Assembly: GCF_004010195.1 (NCBI RefSeq)
Contig: NC_057719.1
Coordinates: 91,334,767-91,398,766 of the forward strand
Source of the DNA: Chiloscyllium plagiosum
Lineage: Eukaryota
Reading direction: 5' to 3'
DNA length: 64,000 nucleotides
The notes under the pieces were generated by a model that was not told the DNA's origin, did not search any database, and saw only the letters and a program-made list of their open reading frames with translations. Positions 40,083 through 53,386 of this stretch are shown here, in pieces. Each line of letters starts with the position of its first letter. The first letter of the stretch is position 1. The position numbers were made by a program, and so were the translations under genes.

Positions 40083-40157
40083 TGACGCTGGATGGTCTCA
40101 AAGCACCAACCTTTCAGTTAACAATCAAAACGCGCTAACCAATTGCACCACAGAAAC
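40083..40157 (-). pseudogene. tRNA-Asn(GTT) pseudogene
   Basis: Minus strand GTTTCTGTGGTGCAATTGGTTAGCGCGTTTTGATTGTTAACTGAAAGGTTGGTGCTTTGAGACCATCCAGCGTCA aligns end to end with vertebrate tRNA-Asn. The B-box is broken (GGTTCGA to GCTTTGA) and stems are mismatched. Confidence 0.8.
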
Positions 40158-42224
40158 TTGTGAGCAAAAGTGTGAGGGACAGAAGAATAGACTATGTGAT
40201 TGTGTCCATTTCCTCAGAAAAGCAATCAACATACAAGACTCATGCTAAGAGATGCAAGACGGTTGTTGGCATGATCACAGAAAATGTTCTTTGATAACCC
40301 ACTGCCAAATCATTTGCATTACCAATTTAAAAACAACAAAGGTTACAAGCACTGTCCATAAACAACAATAAAAAAAAACAGGAGAGTGGGAAGACTGTGA
40401 GGGAACTAAACTAAAATGGAGTTGGGGATGGGGGAAATAATGAACCAAGCAGTGCCCACCTCTACAAACGAGAAAATTAAATGTTGCCATACTTTTCCCT
40501 CAAGTAAGGAATTAATTCTTCAGCTGTGAAGGTATAATCACCCTCTGCATGGCCTCAAAACATTTTAACTTTCCTGTGCTACAAAACACTTCTTGGTTTT
40601 CTTGGAATTAGACCACTGAAATCAAGTAGGAGAAAGTGAGGACTGCTGATGCTCCTCTGATCTGTCTGACAGGCTGTGTTTTTCCAGTACCGCACTCTTG
40701 ACATTGAAATCAAGGGTCATTTTCAAATAAAAATGTACAAAATAATTTGCTGCTATATATGGAATAATCTTGATGCTCTATTACTCAGACATTCTGTAGA
40801 GAATCACCTACCAGATTATCAGCATACAGTTGAGATTTTACTACAATAGTACAAGGCCTTAGTAAGACCACACCTAGAGTACTGTGTGCAGTTTTGGCTT
40901 CCTTTCCGAGGATGTTCCGGTGATGGAGGGCGTGCAACAGAGGTTTACCATACTGATTCCTGGATTGGCAGGACTGATACATGAAGAGAGATTGGAGTGG
41001 TTAGCACTATATTCACAAGAGTTTATAAGAATGAGTTGAGGGGGGGATCCTCAGAATCCTATAAAATGCTAACAGGACTAGAAAGGGTAACTGCATGAAG
41101 GATATTCTCAACAATTGGAGAGTCCAGGATCAGGTATTACCGTTTAAAGTTTTGGACTTGTGAATAAACGGGCAGATCTTTGGATAGGTGGTGTGATGAT
41201 ACTATGGCCTTAAGTAGTGTATTTTGTCCTGGTTTTCCTAAAAAAAAGGTTGAGATCAAGAGTTTTCAATAGGGTCTGCTTCAAAGCCCATACAGTAAAT
41301 GGCTTGTGAAGCCTTCGGATATTTTTCTAAAGTTGGAACAATAGAAGCAGCTTGAAATGGGTACGGTCAAGCTCCTACAGAACCAGCAGTTTTAGTTTTC
41401 AGTAGTTGTTGCTAGAGTCTTAAAGCTAGTATATCTCTCCCTGCTTCTGACACACACACAGGTCATCCAGCCCCAATGTCAAGTCTGCTCTACCATTTGA
41501 TCACAATATGTTTCTAACCCCCATTTTCCTCATAACCCTTCACTACCTCACTACCAAAGCAAAATCTGTTTAACTCCTCAAATTTACGCACTGTCCCAGC
41601 ATCCACCACACTTTGGTGTAGCAAATTCCACAGATTCACAACCCTTCTCAATTCTTAAACTTGCTACCGCTTATCCCAAGACTACAACCTCTCATCCTGG
41701 AATGCCCCACATCTATTTTATCCATACCTTTTATCATCTGGAATACCTCAATTTGATCCCCCTTCATTCTCTGGGATCAATCTAATGCACCTCCCCGGAA
41801 CTGCCTCCAGTGCCACTACATCTTTCCTCAAATAAGGGGTCCAAAACGGTGCACAATACTCCAGGCGTGGTCTCACCCATGTTTTGTATAGCTGCAACAA
41901 TACTTCCTTACCTTTATATTCTATTCCTTTAGCTTTTTTTATTATCTGCTGTACCTACTTACTAGTTTTCTGTGACTCATGAACAAGGACACTCAGATCA
42001 CTCTTACTGTACCACCCCAAAGTCTCTCCCCACTTAAATGATAGGTCGCATTCCCATTTTTCTGACCAAAATGCATGACCTCACTTGTTTTTCATCCTGG
42101 ACAGGAGAATTGCCTGTGAGATAATCTATTTTACAGAATTTGCCTTTGCCTTTGCCATGGTGTGTTTATGGAATGTTACTATATTGGAATTGTTATATAG
42201 AATCATACAGTCTTAAATATGTAT

Positions 42225-42920
42225 AACATGGAAACAGACCCTTCAGACCAACTCATCCATGCCGACAACATATCCTCAATTCATTTAATCCCATTTGCCA
42301 GCATTTGGCCCATATCCCTTCCAACCCTTCCTTATTCATATACCCATCCAAATGCCTTCCAAATGTTCTAACTGTACCACCTCCATCACTTCCTCTGGCA
42401 GTGCATTCCATACATGCACCATCCTGTGCGTGAAAAAGTTGATTAGATTAGATTACTTACAGTGTGGAACCAGGCCCTTCGGCCCAATAAGTCCACACCG
42501 ACCCGTCAAAGCGTAACCCACTCAGGTCCATTCCCCTACATTTACTCTTTCACCTAACACTATGGACAATTTAGCATGGCCAAATCACCTAACCTGCACA
42601 TTTTTGGATTGTGGGAGGAAACCCACGCAGACACAGGGAGAATGTGCAAACTCCACACAGAGAGTCACCTGAGGTGGGAATTGAACCAGAGTCTCTGGCG
42701 CGGTGAGGCAGCTGTGCAAACCACTGTGCCACCGTGCCCCTCAGGTCCCTTTTAATTTTTCCCCCCTTACCTTAAACCTACGCCATATAGTTTTTGACTC
42801 CCCCGCCCCAGGGAAAAGAACTTGCCTATTTACTCTATGCTCCTAATGATTTTCTAAATCTCTAAGGTCACCCCTCAACCTCCAGGAAAAATAGTCCCAA
42901 TCTATTCAGCATCTCCCTAC
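42225..42920 (-). mobile_element. CR1 3' end interrupted by a full-length HE1-like SINE (about 42442-42739, minus)
   Basis: CR1 sequence gtgaaaaagttg|cccctcagg is split by a SINE with an (ATCTA)n tail. Confidence 0.85.
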
Positions 42921-43361
42921 TCGTAATTAAGTAATCTATTATTCTGTTAAACTATTCCTGCTTTCTTTAGTTGTATTGTAACTACAGCATATGAATAAAG
43001 TGTGTTGGCTTCACAACTGGTAGTTTGACCAACTGAATTGCATCGGAACACAATGTGTTCTTTGCCTTTAAAAAGAAAGAAAAAAAAGTTATGTCGAGGT
43101 TATATTCTTAAATATATTTTGAGGGGATTTAAGTCTGGTCCCTAATAATGGGAAAGTCATCTTTTGGGCTAGCAGGACTGAGATGCAGTATTTGCTTCCT
43201 TTTCCTAACTAATCCACCACTGCACTGCCTCATCATTAAGGATTTTGGACTCTGAACAATTTCAACTTGTTCATTGAGATGCACCATGTCCCACAACATT
43301 ACCTGGGTTCTGGATTACCAGACCAGTGATTTTACCACTGCCTCACCAGTGTTCTCTACAC

Positions 43362-43560
43362 TGTCAAGTGGACACACAAGATCCCATGGCACTATTTTGA
43401 AGAGATGGTAGATTCTTGTATCTTGTCCAATGTTTAAACCTCAACCATTAACAGATTGCCAGATCATTATCTCACTGTTGCACAAATAAATTGGCTGACA
43501 CGCTGCTTTACAGGTGATGACATTATTTTGTTTTTGGTAGGGAAAGGCACAATAAAAATC
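43362..43560 (+). mobile_element. Deu-domain SINE remnant (SacSINE1/AmnSINE1-like core)
   Basis: aagatcccatggcactattttgaagaaga...ccaat..tta..cctcaac...atcattatctcactgttg...aaattggctg resembles the Deu core as recalled. Confidence 0.55.
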
Positions 43561-44199
43561 TAAGTTAAAACACGTAGCAAAAGAGATGTTATGACTATAC
43601 AGAGATGTTACCACCCTGACTTAAATATCACAAGAAAGAGCAAGATGACAGTAAGTCACACATAGCAAGAGACCAAAGACAACCAAGAAAAAAGATGCCA
43701 GGACTGAAGAGCTGATTTACAAAACAAAATGGGACAGTAGATCATTTGGAAATTGCTATCCAAACAGAAATCAGATACATAATATTTAATTTTCATTTAT
43801 GGAAAAACAACTCAACCACTGGTCCAGGAAAACTAGGGTGTATATTGGTGCAAGTCCCCAGTACTGAAAAAGGGGAGTGCAGGGAGAGCTTAACAGCAAA
43901 ATGAAGATCCAACTGTAAAAATGACAAATCCAAAGGATGACTGATATGAATGAAAATGAAACCCATGCTAGGGTGTTTCCTTTAACTGACAGGTATGGTT
44001 TCTGCCTGAAGTGTGTGTGAATGGGAAAGAGTTATCTATCTTCGCCCACTAGATAGTAAACAAAAGTCAAAGGAGAGGTGAAAAGACAAATCAGACTCGT
44101 CTAAATGTCAGTGACCTAACAGGGAGAAGCAGCAAAATAAGAGGACAATAATCCAAATTCAGAGTCTCCAGAAATCAGTACCAACTGCAAAACTAGAAG

Positions 44200-45820
44200 A
44201 AACAGAAACCAGAGGCAGCTATTTAGCTTCTCAAGCATGCTCTGCCATTCAATAGGATCATGGCTGATCCAACATTCCTCATCTCCATTTTCCTGCCCTT
44301 TCCCCAGAACCCTGGATTCCCTTACTGATCAAGAATTTAACTCAGCTTTAAGTATACACAAGGACACTGCCCACACAGCTTGGTGGCATGGAGTTATAAA
44401 GATTCAACCTCAGCAGAAATTCCTCCTCATCACGGTCTTGAAATGGCAAACCTTTATTCTGAGACAATGCTGTCCGATTCTAGACTCTTCCATGAAGGAA
44501 AACCATCCTCAATACTTACCATCAAGCCCCTTAAGATTCCGACATGTTTCAATGAGATCACCTCTCATTCATCTTAATTCCAATGTGTAGAGTCTCACAA
44601 CAATTTAGCCTTTGCTCATACGACAATCCCTCCATTTCAGGGATCATCCTGGTGAACTTCTCTGAACTACCTCCAACGAAAGGATCATTTCCTTAAGAAT
44701 ATCTATACCTGAAACACAAAGCTGGGACACAGGTGCAGCAGATAATCAGAGGACCAAAACACTCAGTATTACACATGCTGTACAGTTGCACTAAGACTTC
44801 TCCACTCTTATACTCCAACATCCTCGACACAAGGACCAACATTCATTGGCCTTCCAGATTACCTGCAGCACCTGTGTTTCACATGTAAGTATCCCCAAAT
44901 CCCTTTGTGCTGCAGTTTTCTGCAGTTTTTCTCCATTTAAATAATACTGTTCTTTTGCTGTCCCTTTCAAAATGAACTTCACACTTTCTCTAGATTATAC
45001 ACCATTTGCTAAAATTTTGCCCACATTCTTAACCTATCAATATCTCTCTGAACACTGTTTGTATCCCTCTCACAATCTACTTTTGCGTCATCTGCGAATT
45101 TGGCTCGAATACAGTTACTTCCTTCCAAGTGATTAATATAAACTGTAATGTGGTCCCAGCACTGATCCCTGTGAAACACCACTGGTCACAGGTCAGCAAC
45201 ATGAAAAAGGAACCCCTTATCCCCACTCACTGTTTCCTGCTCATAAGCCAATATATTACCTCAATACCATGGGCTCCTTTATTATGGATGACTTAGCCTT
45301 TATGAGGTGCTTAGTCAAACACCTTCTGGAATTCCAAATGCAACAAATCTACAGACCCCCTCTATCCATTCTAGTTGAGACTTGCTTAAAAACTCAAATA
45401 AGTTAATCCAGCACATTTTACTTTTGATAAATGTATGATTTTCAGAATGTGGTGCTATTACTTTCTTAATAATTGATTCCAATATTTTTCCAACAATAGA
45501 TGTTAGGCTAATCAGCCTATAGTCACCCATTTTTTGCCCTTCTGTCATTTTTGAATTGGATGTCACATTGGGAATTTTCCAATCCTCTGGTATTCCACCA
45601 GAATCCAAGGATTTTTGAAAAATTACAGATCCACGCATCCACTATCACTGCAGCTCACTTTTTACAGGATCATAGGATGCAAATCATCAGGGCTAAGGGA
45701 CTGGTTCTACCTTTAGCTCCATTAATTTGTCTGATACTACCCCTCTAGTGATGGTGATAGTAATTAATTGCTCAGATTCCTTAGTATTAATGGGATATTT
45801 GAAGTATCTTCCACTGAAGG
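44200..45820 (-). mobile_element. Old CR1 LINE
   Basis: IFQKSLDSGGIPEDWKIPNV...YRLISLTSIVGKILESII; YYLNGEKLQ..QRDLG. Confidence 0.8.
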
Positions 45821-46779
45821 AAGGAACAGATCGTTTACAGGCAATGTAATCCTTTTATTGGTTTTGCAAATTATGTTAATAAAAAGGAGTGCCACTGGCA
45901 GCCAATTATCTTCATGGTATTCTGATAAACCCAAAGACTAAAAGGTACAATTACAACATTAAATGACAATAATTGCTGTAATTAAAGCCAATCATCAGCG
46001 CTTATCATCCCAGCATAAGGGTATAACATCTTTTCAAACACAGACATCAGCCAGATTTAGCAAAACTGCATCACAAAATTCTAAACCAGAAACATATTGA
46101 TGCAATATATTATCAAATTTTATTAGCCTACTCATTTTTTATCTCAACTTAACTAGAAGTCAGTTTATTTAGGACTATTCTCCCAAGGAGGTCAGAAGGC
46201 TTCAAAATTCAAATCCAACAATGACTCGAACACAAAACTTCAATTGACATTCCGGCACAGTAATTAAGAGTCATGTCTCCTTTAGGTGAGACATTGAATC
46301 CATCAGCTCCAACTACCTTCCTGAAGTGTGCACAAAATATACCACAGCATTAACTGAGAAGTCAGAGTTCCCGCAACATCTCCCACAACTAACACCCCCT
46401 AAAATGACTGATTTTCCTCGAGGATTTATTTACCTTTTGAGTCCTATGTTCATTTGCTCCACCATTCATGTACACAGCTACTGCACTGAGTGACCCCCAA
46501 TTCCAATATCTTGACATTTTAAGCATAAGTTATTTCTTAAAATTTGCTCCACTGGATTAAGGTTGCGAAGGAGAGCCAAGTCTTCTGATTATTCATGAGC
46601 TGGCATTGCCCAATTATTACCCATTCCCAAAAACAAAACCACATCAGTTTCACCAGAAACAGTATGCCAGTTTTACTGTCAGATAATAAAAGCTTTTGGG
46701 ATAGGCAGCTTCAAAAGACATGGCTGGGAAGGATAATTTTCAAAAATTTATTTGGAAGGTGTTATCAAGCAACACTTTT

Positions 46780-49700
46780 TTAAAATAAAACAATAACCTG
46801 CTCATGGAAACTCCAGGGCCACTCAGCTCCTTGATCTCGTTACAGCCATGATTCAAATATGGACAGAGAAACTGAATTCCACAACTAAGGAGAGTGACTG
46901 CATTGAGGCCACCATGAATGAATGCAAGATGAATAAGACCTAATGAAACTCGAGTTGTCAGGAATCAAGTGAAAAACGCTTCATTGCTTTAGTCACACCC
47001 GACAGAAAAGATGATATTTGTGTTTATTAGACATCGGTCACTTCAGCTCCAACGTCTCAGCAGGAAGTTGTCAGAAGAATATCCTACAGTCTTCAGCTGC
47101 TTTATCAATGACCGTCCCTCCATCATAAGGTCAGAATTGGAGATATTCACTAATGAATCCTGAGAAGAATATTAAGGCCGTAAAAGTGTACATAAGAGGG
47201 AAATCAGGAGGGCAAGAGAGGGGACATGACATAGCTTTGGGTTAAGGAGAATCCAATTAAGGACAAAAGGGTAAATAGGGAGAGAATAGGTCCCCTTAAA
47301 GATCAGCACGGCAACTATGCATGGAACCGAAGGAGATGGGGGAAAATACCAAACAAGTATTGTGCACCAGTGTTTTCTGTGAAGATGGACATGGAAGAGA
47401 AAGAATGTGGGAAGATAGATGGTGATATCTTGAAAAATGTCCATATCACAGAGGTGGTAGTGCTGGAGTCTTAAAAAGCATCAAGGTGGATAAATCTCCA
47501 GAACCTGATCAGGTGTATCCTAGAACCCTGTGGGAAGCTAGGAAAATGGTTGCTGGGCCCCTTGCTGAGATATTTGGATCATCAACAGTCACGGGTGAGG
47601 TGCCAGAAGACTGGAGGTTGGCTAACATGGTGCCACTGTTTAAGAAAGGTGTAAGGACAAGCCAGGGAACTATAGACCAGTGAGTCTGACATCGGTAGTG
47701 GGCAAGTTGTTGAAGAGAATCCTGAGGGACTGGATTTACATGTATTTGGAACGGCAAGGACTATTAGGGATAGTCAACATGACTGTGTGGGGGAAATCAT
47801 GTCTCACTAACTTGATTGAGTTTCTTGAAGATGTAGCAAAGAGGATTGCTGAGGGCAGAGTGGTGAACATGATCTATATGGATTTCAGTGAGGCTTTCAA
47901 CAAGGTTCGTCAAGCTTGACTGGTTAGCAAGATTAGATCTCATGGAGTACAGGGAGAACTATCCATTTTGATATAGAACTAGCTCAAAAGATAGAAATCA
48001 GAGGGTGGTGGTGGTGGACGGTTGCCTTTCATACTGGAGGTCTGTGATCAGTGGTGTGCCACAAGGATCGGTGCTGGGTCCTCTACTTTTTGTCACTTAC
48101 ATAAATGATTTGGATTCGAGCATAAGAGGTATAGTTAGTAAATTTGCAGGTGATACCAAAATTTTAGGTGTAGTGGACAACGAAAAAGGCTACCTCAGAG
48201 TACAATGGGATCTTGATCAGATGGGCCAATGAGCTGAGGAGTGGCAGATGGAGCTTAATTTAGATAAATGCGAGGTGCTGCATTTTGGAAGAACAAACCA
48301 TAGCAGGGCTTATACATTAAATGGTAAGGTCCTGGGAGCGTTGCTGAACAAATAGACCTTGAGTGAAGATTCACAGTTTCTTGAAAGTGGAGGCCCAGGT
48401 AAATAGGATAGTGAAGGTGGCGTTTGGTATGCTTACCTTTATTGGTCAGAGCAGAGCAATGAGTATAGGAGTTGGGAGGTCATATTGCAGCTGTACAGGA
48501 CATCGGTTAGGCCACTTTTAGAATATTGTATGTAATTCTGGTCTCCCTCCTATCAGAAGGCTGTTGTGAAACTTGAAAGGGTTCAGAAAAGATTTACAAG
48601 TATGTTGTCAGGGTTGGAGGATTTCAGCCATAGGGAGAGGCTGAATAGGCTGGGGCTGTTTTCTCTGGAGCATCAGAGGCTGAGGGATGACCTTATGGAG
48701 GTTTATAAAATCCTGAGGGGCATTGATATGGTAAACAGACATGGGCTTTTCCCTGGGGTGGGGAGTCCAGAACTGCAGGATATAGGTTTAGGGTTGGTGG
48801 GGGGGGGGAGAAGACTTTAACAGGAACCTAAGGGGCAACTCTTTCACACAGAGGGTGGTGCATGTATGGAATCAGCTGCCAGAGAAAGTGATGGAGGCTG
48901 GTATAATTACAACATTTAAAAAAGGCATCTGGATGTATTATGAATAGGAAAGGCTTTAGAGAGATATGGACCAAGTGTTGGCAAATGGGGCTAGATTAGG
49001 TTAGCATATCTGGTCGGCATTGACGAGTTGGACTGAAGGGTCTGTTTCCATGCTGTACATCTCTGTGCAGTCATACAGTCATAATGTTGAACTCCATTCA
49101 TAACTCCTTATACACTGAGGCAATCAAGACCTGGTCAATATCCAGTGTGGGTTGACAACATGTAACATTCCTGCTACATAAATGCCAGACCATGACCATA
49201 TCCGATTGAGAATCTACCACCATCCCTTGCTATTCAATGACATTACTAACTCCAAATCCACACTAATCAATACTCTGGGTTTTACCACTGACCATAAACA
49301 GAACTGGACTAGCCATGTAAATAATGTAGCTACAAGGGTAGGTCAGAGTCTAAGAGTTCTGCAGCAAGTAACTTACCTTCTGGTTCCTGAAGCATGTCTA
49401 TTACCTACAAGGCACAAGTATGAGTGTGATGAAACACTCCTACTTGTTTAGTGTAGCTCCAACAACATTCAAGTTTAACACCAAAGCAAAGTATCACATC
49501 CACTAACACTCAGTGGCAGTGTGTACCATCTAAAAGACCACTGCAGAAATTTAACCAAGACTCCTTAGTCTTTACCTGCCAAATCTACAATGACAGTTAT
49601 CTAGAAGGATAAAGCGAGCAGATATGTGGGAACACCACCATGTTCTCCAAGTCAGTCACCACCCAGACTTGGAATTTTAGCACCATTCTTTCAGTGTTGC

Positions 49701-49835
49701 CAAGTCAAAATCCTGGAACTCCCTCTCTAATGGTACAGTGGATCACAGCTGTTCAAGGCAGCAGCTCACATTACTCCAGAATGGGCAATAAATGCTGGCC
49801 CAACTCATGTTGCCAAATCAAAACATGAGTAAGTA
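46780..49835 (+). mobile_element. Older CR1/L2-group LINE (46780-47160 and 49070-49835) split by a younger CR1
   Basis: SCFINDRPSIIRSELEIFTN RT remnant stops at about 47155 and resumes after 49070; 3' end gggcaataaatgctggcc. Confidence 0.6.
47160..49065 (+). mobile_element. CR1 LINE, about 1.9 kb, 5'-truncated
   Basis: DKSPEPDQVYPRTLWEAR, VPEDWRLANMVPLFKKG, YMDFSEAFNKV, GVPQGSVLGPLLF and ERVQKRFT, with frameshifts and stops. Confidence 0.92.
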
Positions 49836-52655
49836 AAATATAATTTGCCTCCAATCTCAATTGAAGGCATTAGCTTTGATACATTTAGTATGGCTATTTT
49901 TCAGCTGTTAGCTGCACCTCACCCCAACCGTGTTTTTACAATGTTCAATTTTGGAGAGCTACTGTCATTAGTATTTAAATAGACTGACAATTGTTTTGCT
50001 ATGTTAACTTACCTAGATGACTTCAAAATACCTAAAACTTAGTTACCTAGTACATCTTTTTTAGAATAAAAACATGACTCAATGGGAATGATGGTTAGAA
50101 AACTTGTGGTGGATATATTCATTAACAAGTGACCAAAATCACATGTCTCGCTCAGTTCATGTTGGCTATCAGTACAGAAATTCCAAAGAGTAGCCTCCAG
50201 TTACAACATGGATATAAAAGCTTGAAAGCCTACCTAACTGAATAAAGTGCAAATCCTGATGCATGCTATTGCTACTTTTCCTCATTACCTTCAGAGATCA
50301 ACCAATTTCTGCTCAAATCCAAAATCAGTAAAAACAGCCGTGTGTATTTCCCGAGAAATAATCTGACTTTGGAGCTGCTGATTTAACCAACCACAACATT
50401 TTTAAACCACTCATACCTATTGTTAAAAAATGCTTTATTGAAATTATAGACTTAGAGGCATAAAAAAAAGCATTCCTTAGTATTAAATAAGTCAAATCTC
50501 AAGTGTTAAAAATTCAGAGCTACATCTATTCTGACAATCCTAACTTAAAACACACTTCATAAATCTTGATCTTGGTCTCCTTCAAGCATTACTTTTATTA
50601 CAAATAAATTATATCCTGATTCAGAACGTTAACAGAATCCTGGTCCTTTGGATACTCTAGTCAAAAGAACCTCAAAAAAGAAATAATTCTAATAATCGGG
50701 TTTGCACCAACATAGAAACACTACATAAATCTCACCAACTACTACTCCATTTATAGATTTCATCTAATTTATGACCTACTATTGATCATTCTGGACAGAC
50801 TCTAGAGTTATGATACAGTCCAGGAAAAGCTAGAGGTTTCAAAATAAAACTTTGATTGACAGCACCTATTTTATTAGTAATGGCAGTCAAAACAGCACAA
50901 AAGCCAAGATGAATTTGCACAGGTTGTATTTGTATTTTGAATAATTCTGGAAAGCTAATAAGCCATCGAAAGTTACTTCAAAAAATTACATGTAAATATG
51001 TTCTAAATGTTACATTCCTATAATTAGCAATGACTTAGCTAATTTACAACGCATGCGTGTGAAACATGTTTTGTGCTTTGAATCAAGTCATTTAATTATG
51101 AAGAGGTATTAAAAACCGAAAGAACTGCGTATGCTGTATATCAGGAACAAAAACAGAAGAGAGAAATGTGCGTTAATGTTTCGGACCGGGTGATCCTTAG
51201 AACGTCTGGTGTTAACTCTGATTTCTTTTCACAGATGCTGCCAGACCCAATGAAAAGATATTGTCACTGGTAAGCAGAAATGTAAATGTTTCCGCCAAAA
51301 AGTTTGTTTTAAAAATAAGCCGCATTATACTCCAATGAATATCTGATTTAAACTTCCAATAACAGGCACTGCATTCCATTCAAAAACAATTCTACAGTTA
51401 GTTTATAGATTATCCTGATGATACGTTCAAATTACATGTAGCATCTTACGTGATCGCTAAATATTTAAACTCAAGAGGAGGGAGCCTCATAGCTAACCAC
51501 TTAGGACAGAACATAAATAAGAGCAAATACGATTTTGAAAATACTGCTATCAAAACTGAAAAATCAAGTACTGATCCGACCCAAATAAGTGCCTGCACGC
51601 ATTAATGACGCCAGCGCCTGAACAGAATACAGCATGAAGCAATGTTATCGCAGAGGAATTGCATTTTCTGCTGCATCTTCGCTTCTGAAGCCAATGGTAG
51701 CTCCATCGCTATTACCTATCTCACGGATCCATTCTACAAAAATCTCGTCCTGTTGGGGCCAAGTGTTCCTCCCACCATAGACCCCAACTGCCCCCCCAGA
51801 AAAAAATCAATTGCTGCAGCTGCTTCATTTTCAATTAGTTATGAGCAAATGAAACTGTCTTGCTTGAAGGTCAGTACCTTTCTCTCCACCCCCCCCCCCC
51901 GATCTGATATTGATCCCTTCCCCCACCCGTTGCGAATATCTGGGAACGGGAAACGTCGTTTGCTCAATCAAAAACGATTTTACAAACTGCGAGAGCTTCC
52001 TAACACGCATTTCTAAGAACGCCTGCGTTTGTCCCAGAGGATTGAGGACTGGAAAGAGTCCAACAGAAAACACGGATCAATCCTGACTGACTCAGAGTGT
52101 GTGTGTCAAACAGGACCTGGGAGCCAGGCGACACGGAATTATAATCAGGTGGAGTCGGTAGGTTTAACGCAATTGTCTTAAGCTTAGAAATTGAAATATA
52201 ACGTACTGGTTGGCATGTTTTAAATAAAAAGGTTAAAAATGATGCAGCAAGTTTTGAGAAATGAAAGGGGGGGGGGGAGGAGCAGAAGAGAAGAGGGTGT
52301 TGGAGAAACAGGCCAAGCTCACTCTCAAGAAGGTACCCTTCACCCGTTTAATCCCAACATGAAGATCAAAACAGTGGAAAACCCTTCATTTAGAAAGAAA
52401 GAAAGAAAGAAAAATATCTCAACGCTCAGAAACGAGAGAGAGAGAGAAAAAACAAATCAAAATCAGTGTGTGGTTGGAAACAATTAAAACACAAATCATA
52501 TCAGGAGCACCTTTGTTGCACCGACCGCACATTGAGAATGGGATCTGGCTGGGGGGGGGGGGTAAATCAATGATGGCTCCATTAGTTACCCTCCTCCTCC
52601 CCCAATCAGTCAGTCAGTCAGTGACTCAAAGCAAATGTTTCCACAAAAGCTTTAC

Positions 52656-53050
52656 CTGTGAGATGGCTCAACATCCTGTCTCTCTTCAGCATCAGCAGCT
52701 GCAGCAGCAACACCGGCATCACACCGACACGAGAGGCAGCGACATCACCTCCTTAGACCTTGGAGCTCACAGGGTTAATCACCCAGCAACCGGCCTTCGC
52801 TCAAACCTCCCCCTCCCCCCAAGCCCACCCTCGGGGCTCTCGCGTTACAACCGGGCTCCTTTCATCTCTCTGAGGGAGGGAGGGAGTGAAGGTGGAACTA
52901 AAGGGCGCGGAAATCCTCCGGAACGGCAAAGCGGACGCAATTCCTTTCGCCCGGAGTCAGGAGCACTCGGCGATGGCGGCAGCAACGGCGGCCCCGCCTC
53001 CTCCTCCGCCCTCCATGACTGCAGCGGCCTCCTACGTCGCTCTGTACCAT
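52656..53050 (-). other. TTBK2: Probable non-coding exon 1 of TTBK2 (TSS approximate)
   Basis: GC-rich segment at the CpG island ends in the donor CAG|GTAAAG (GT at 52655-52654). It has the same orientation as the coding exon and this is the only CpG island upstream of it in the window. Confidence 0.65.
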
Positions 53051-53287
53051 CGCAACCGGCCCCGACAACACTCACGCCCCGCCCCCCCGGCACCTCGCCA
53101 TTGGTCGGCACCGCACGGACGGAGCAGGCGGCCCGCCCCCTTTCCCGGTTGCCGTTGGTCTTCCGTCACGTCGGTCAAACATGTCACAGAGCGGCCGTCC
53201 CCTCCGTCCAATCGCGTTCGGCCATTGATCAACCTTTCGCCCCGCTCCGGCAGCTCCTATTGGTCTACCCCCACGTCGGTCACAACC

Positions 53288-53300
53288 GTTACTGGGTGAC
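53288..53300 (-). promoter_or_regulatory. RFX X-box GTCACCCAGTAAC
   Basis: Fits the consensus GTNRCC(N0-3)RGYAAC exactly and lies inside the CpG island. Confidence 0.6.
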
Positions 53301-53367
53301 CCTCGTCCGTCTTGTCGTGTTCAGGGATCGATCAGCATTTCGCCCCGCCCATTACCGCCACCGAAGG

Positions 53368-53386
53368 GCATTCTGGGAGTTGTAGT
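53368..53386 (-). promoter_or_regulatory. ZNF143 (SBS)/THAP11-type motif ACTACAACTCCCAGAATGC
   Basis: Reverse complement of gcattctgggagttgtagt matches the ACTACAnnTCCCAnnATGC consensus. Confidence 0.8.

Noticed and set aside
41192..43147. Fragmented LTR-like element around nested CR1 and SINE pieces
   Set aside because: Termini and TSD could not be established by eye.
50013..50031. 19-nt micro-exon-like AG...GTAAGT on the minus strand
   Set aside because: Weak polypyrimidine tract; such matches are expected by chance in a 33-kb intron.
52468..53385. 305-aa plus-strand ORF over the CpG island
   Set aside because: Low-complexity P/S/R/G-rich translation with no recognisable domain. Long stop-free frames are expected in GC-rich DNA, and it is antisense to the inferred exon 1.
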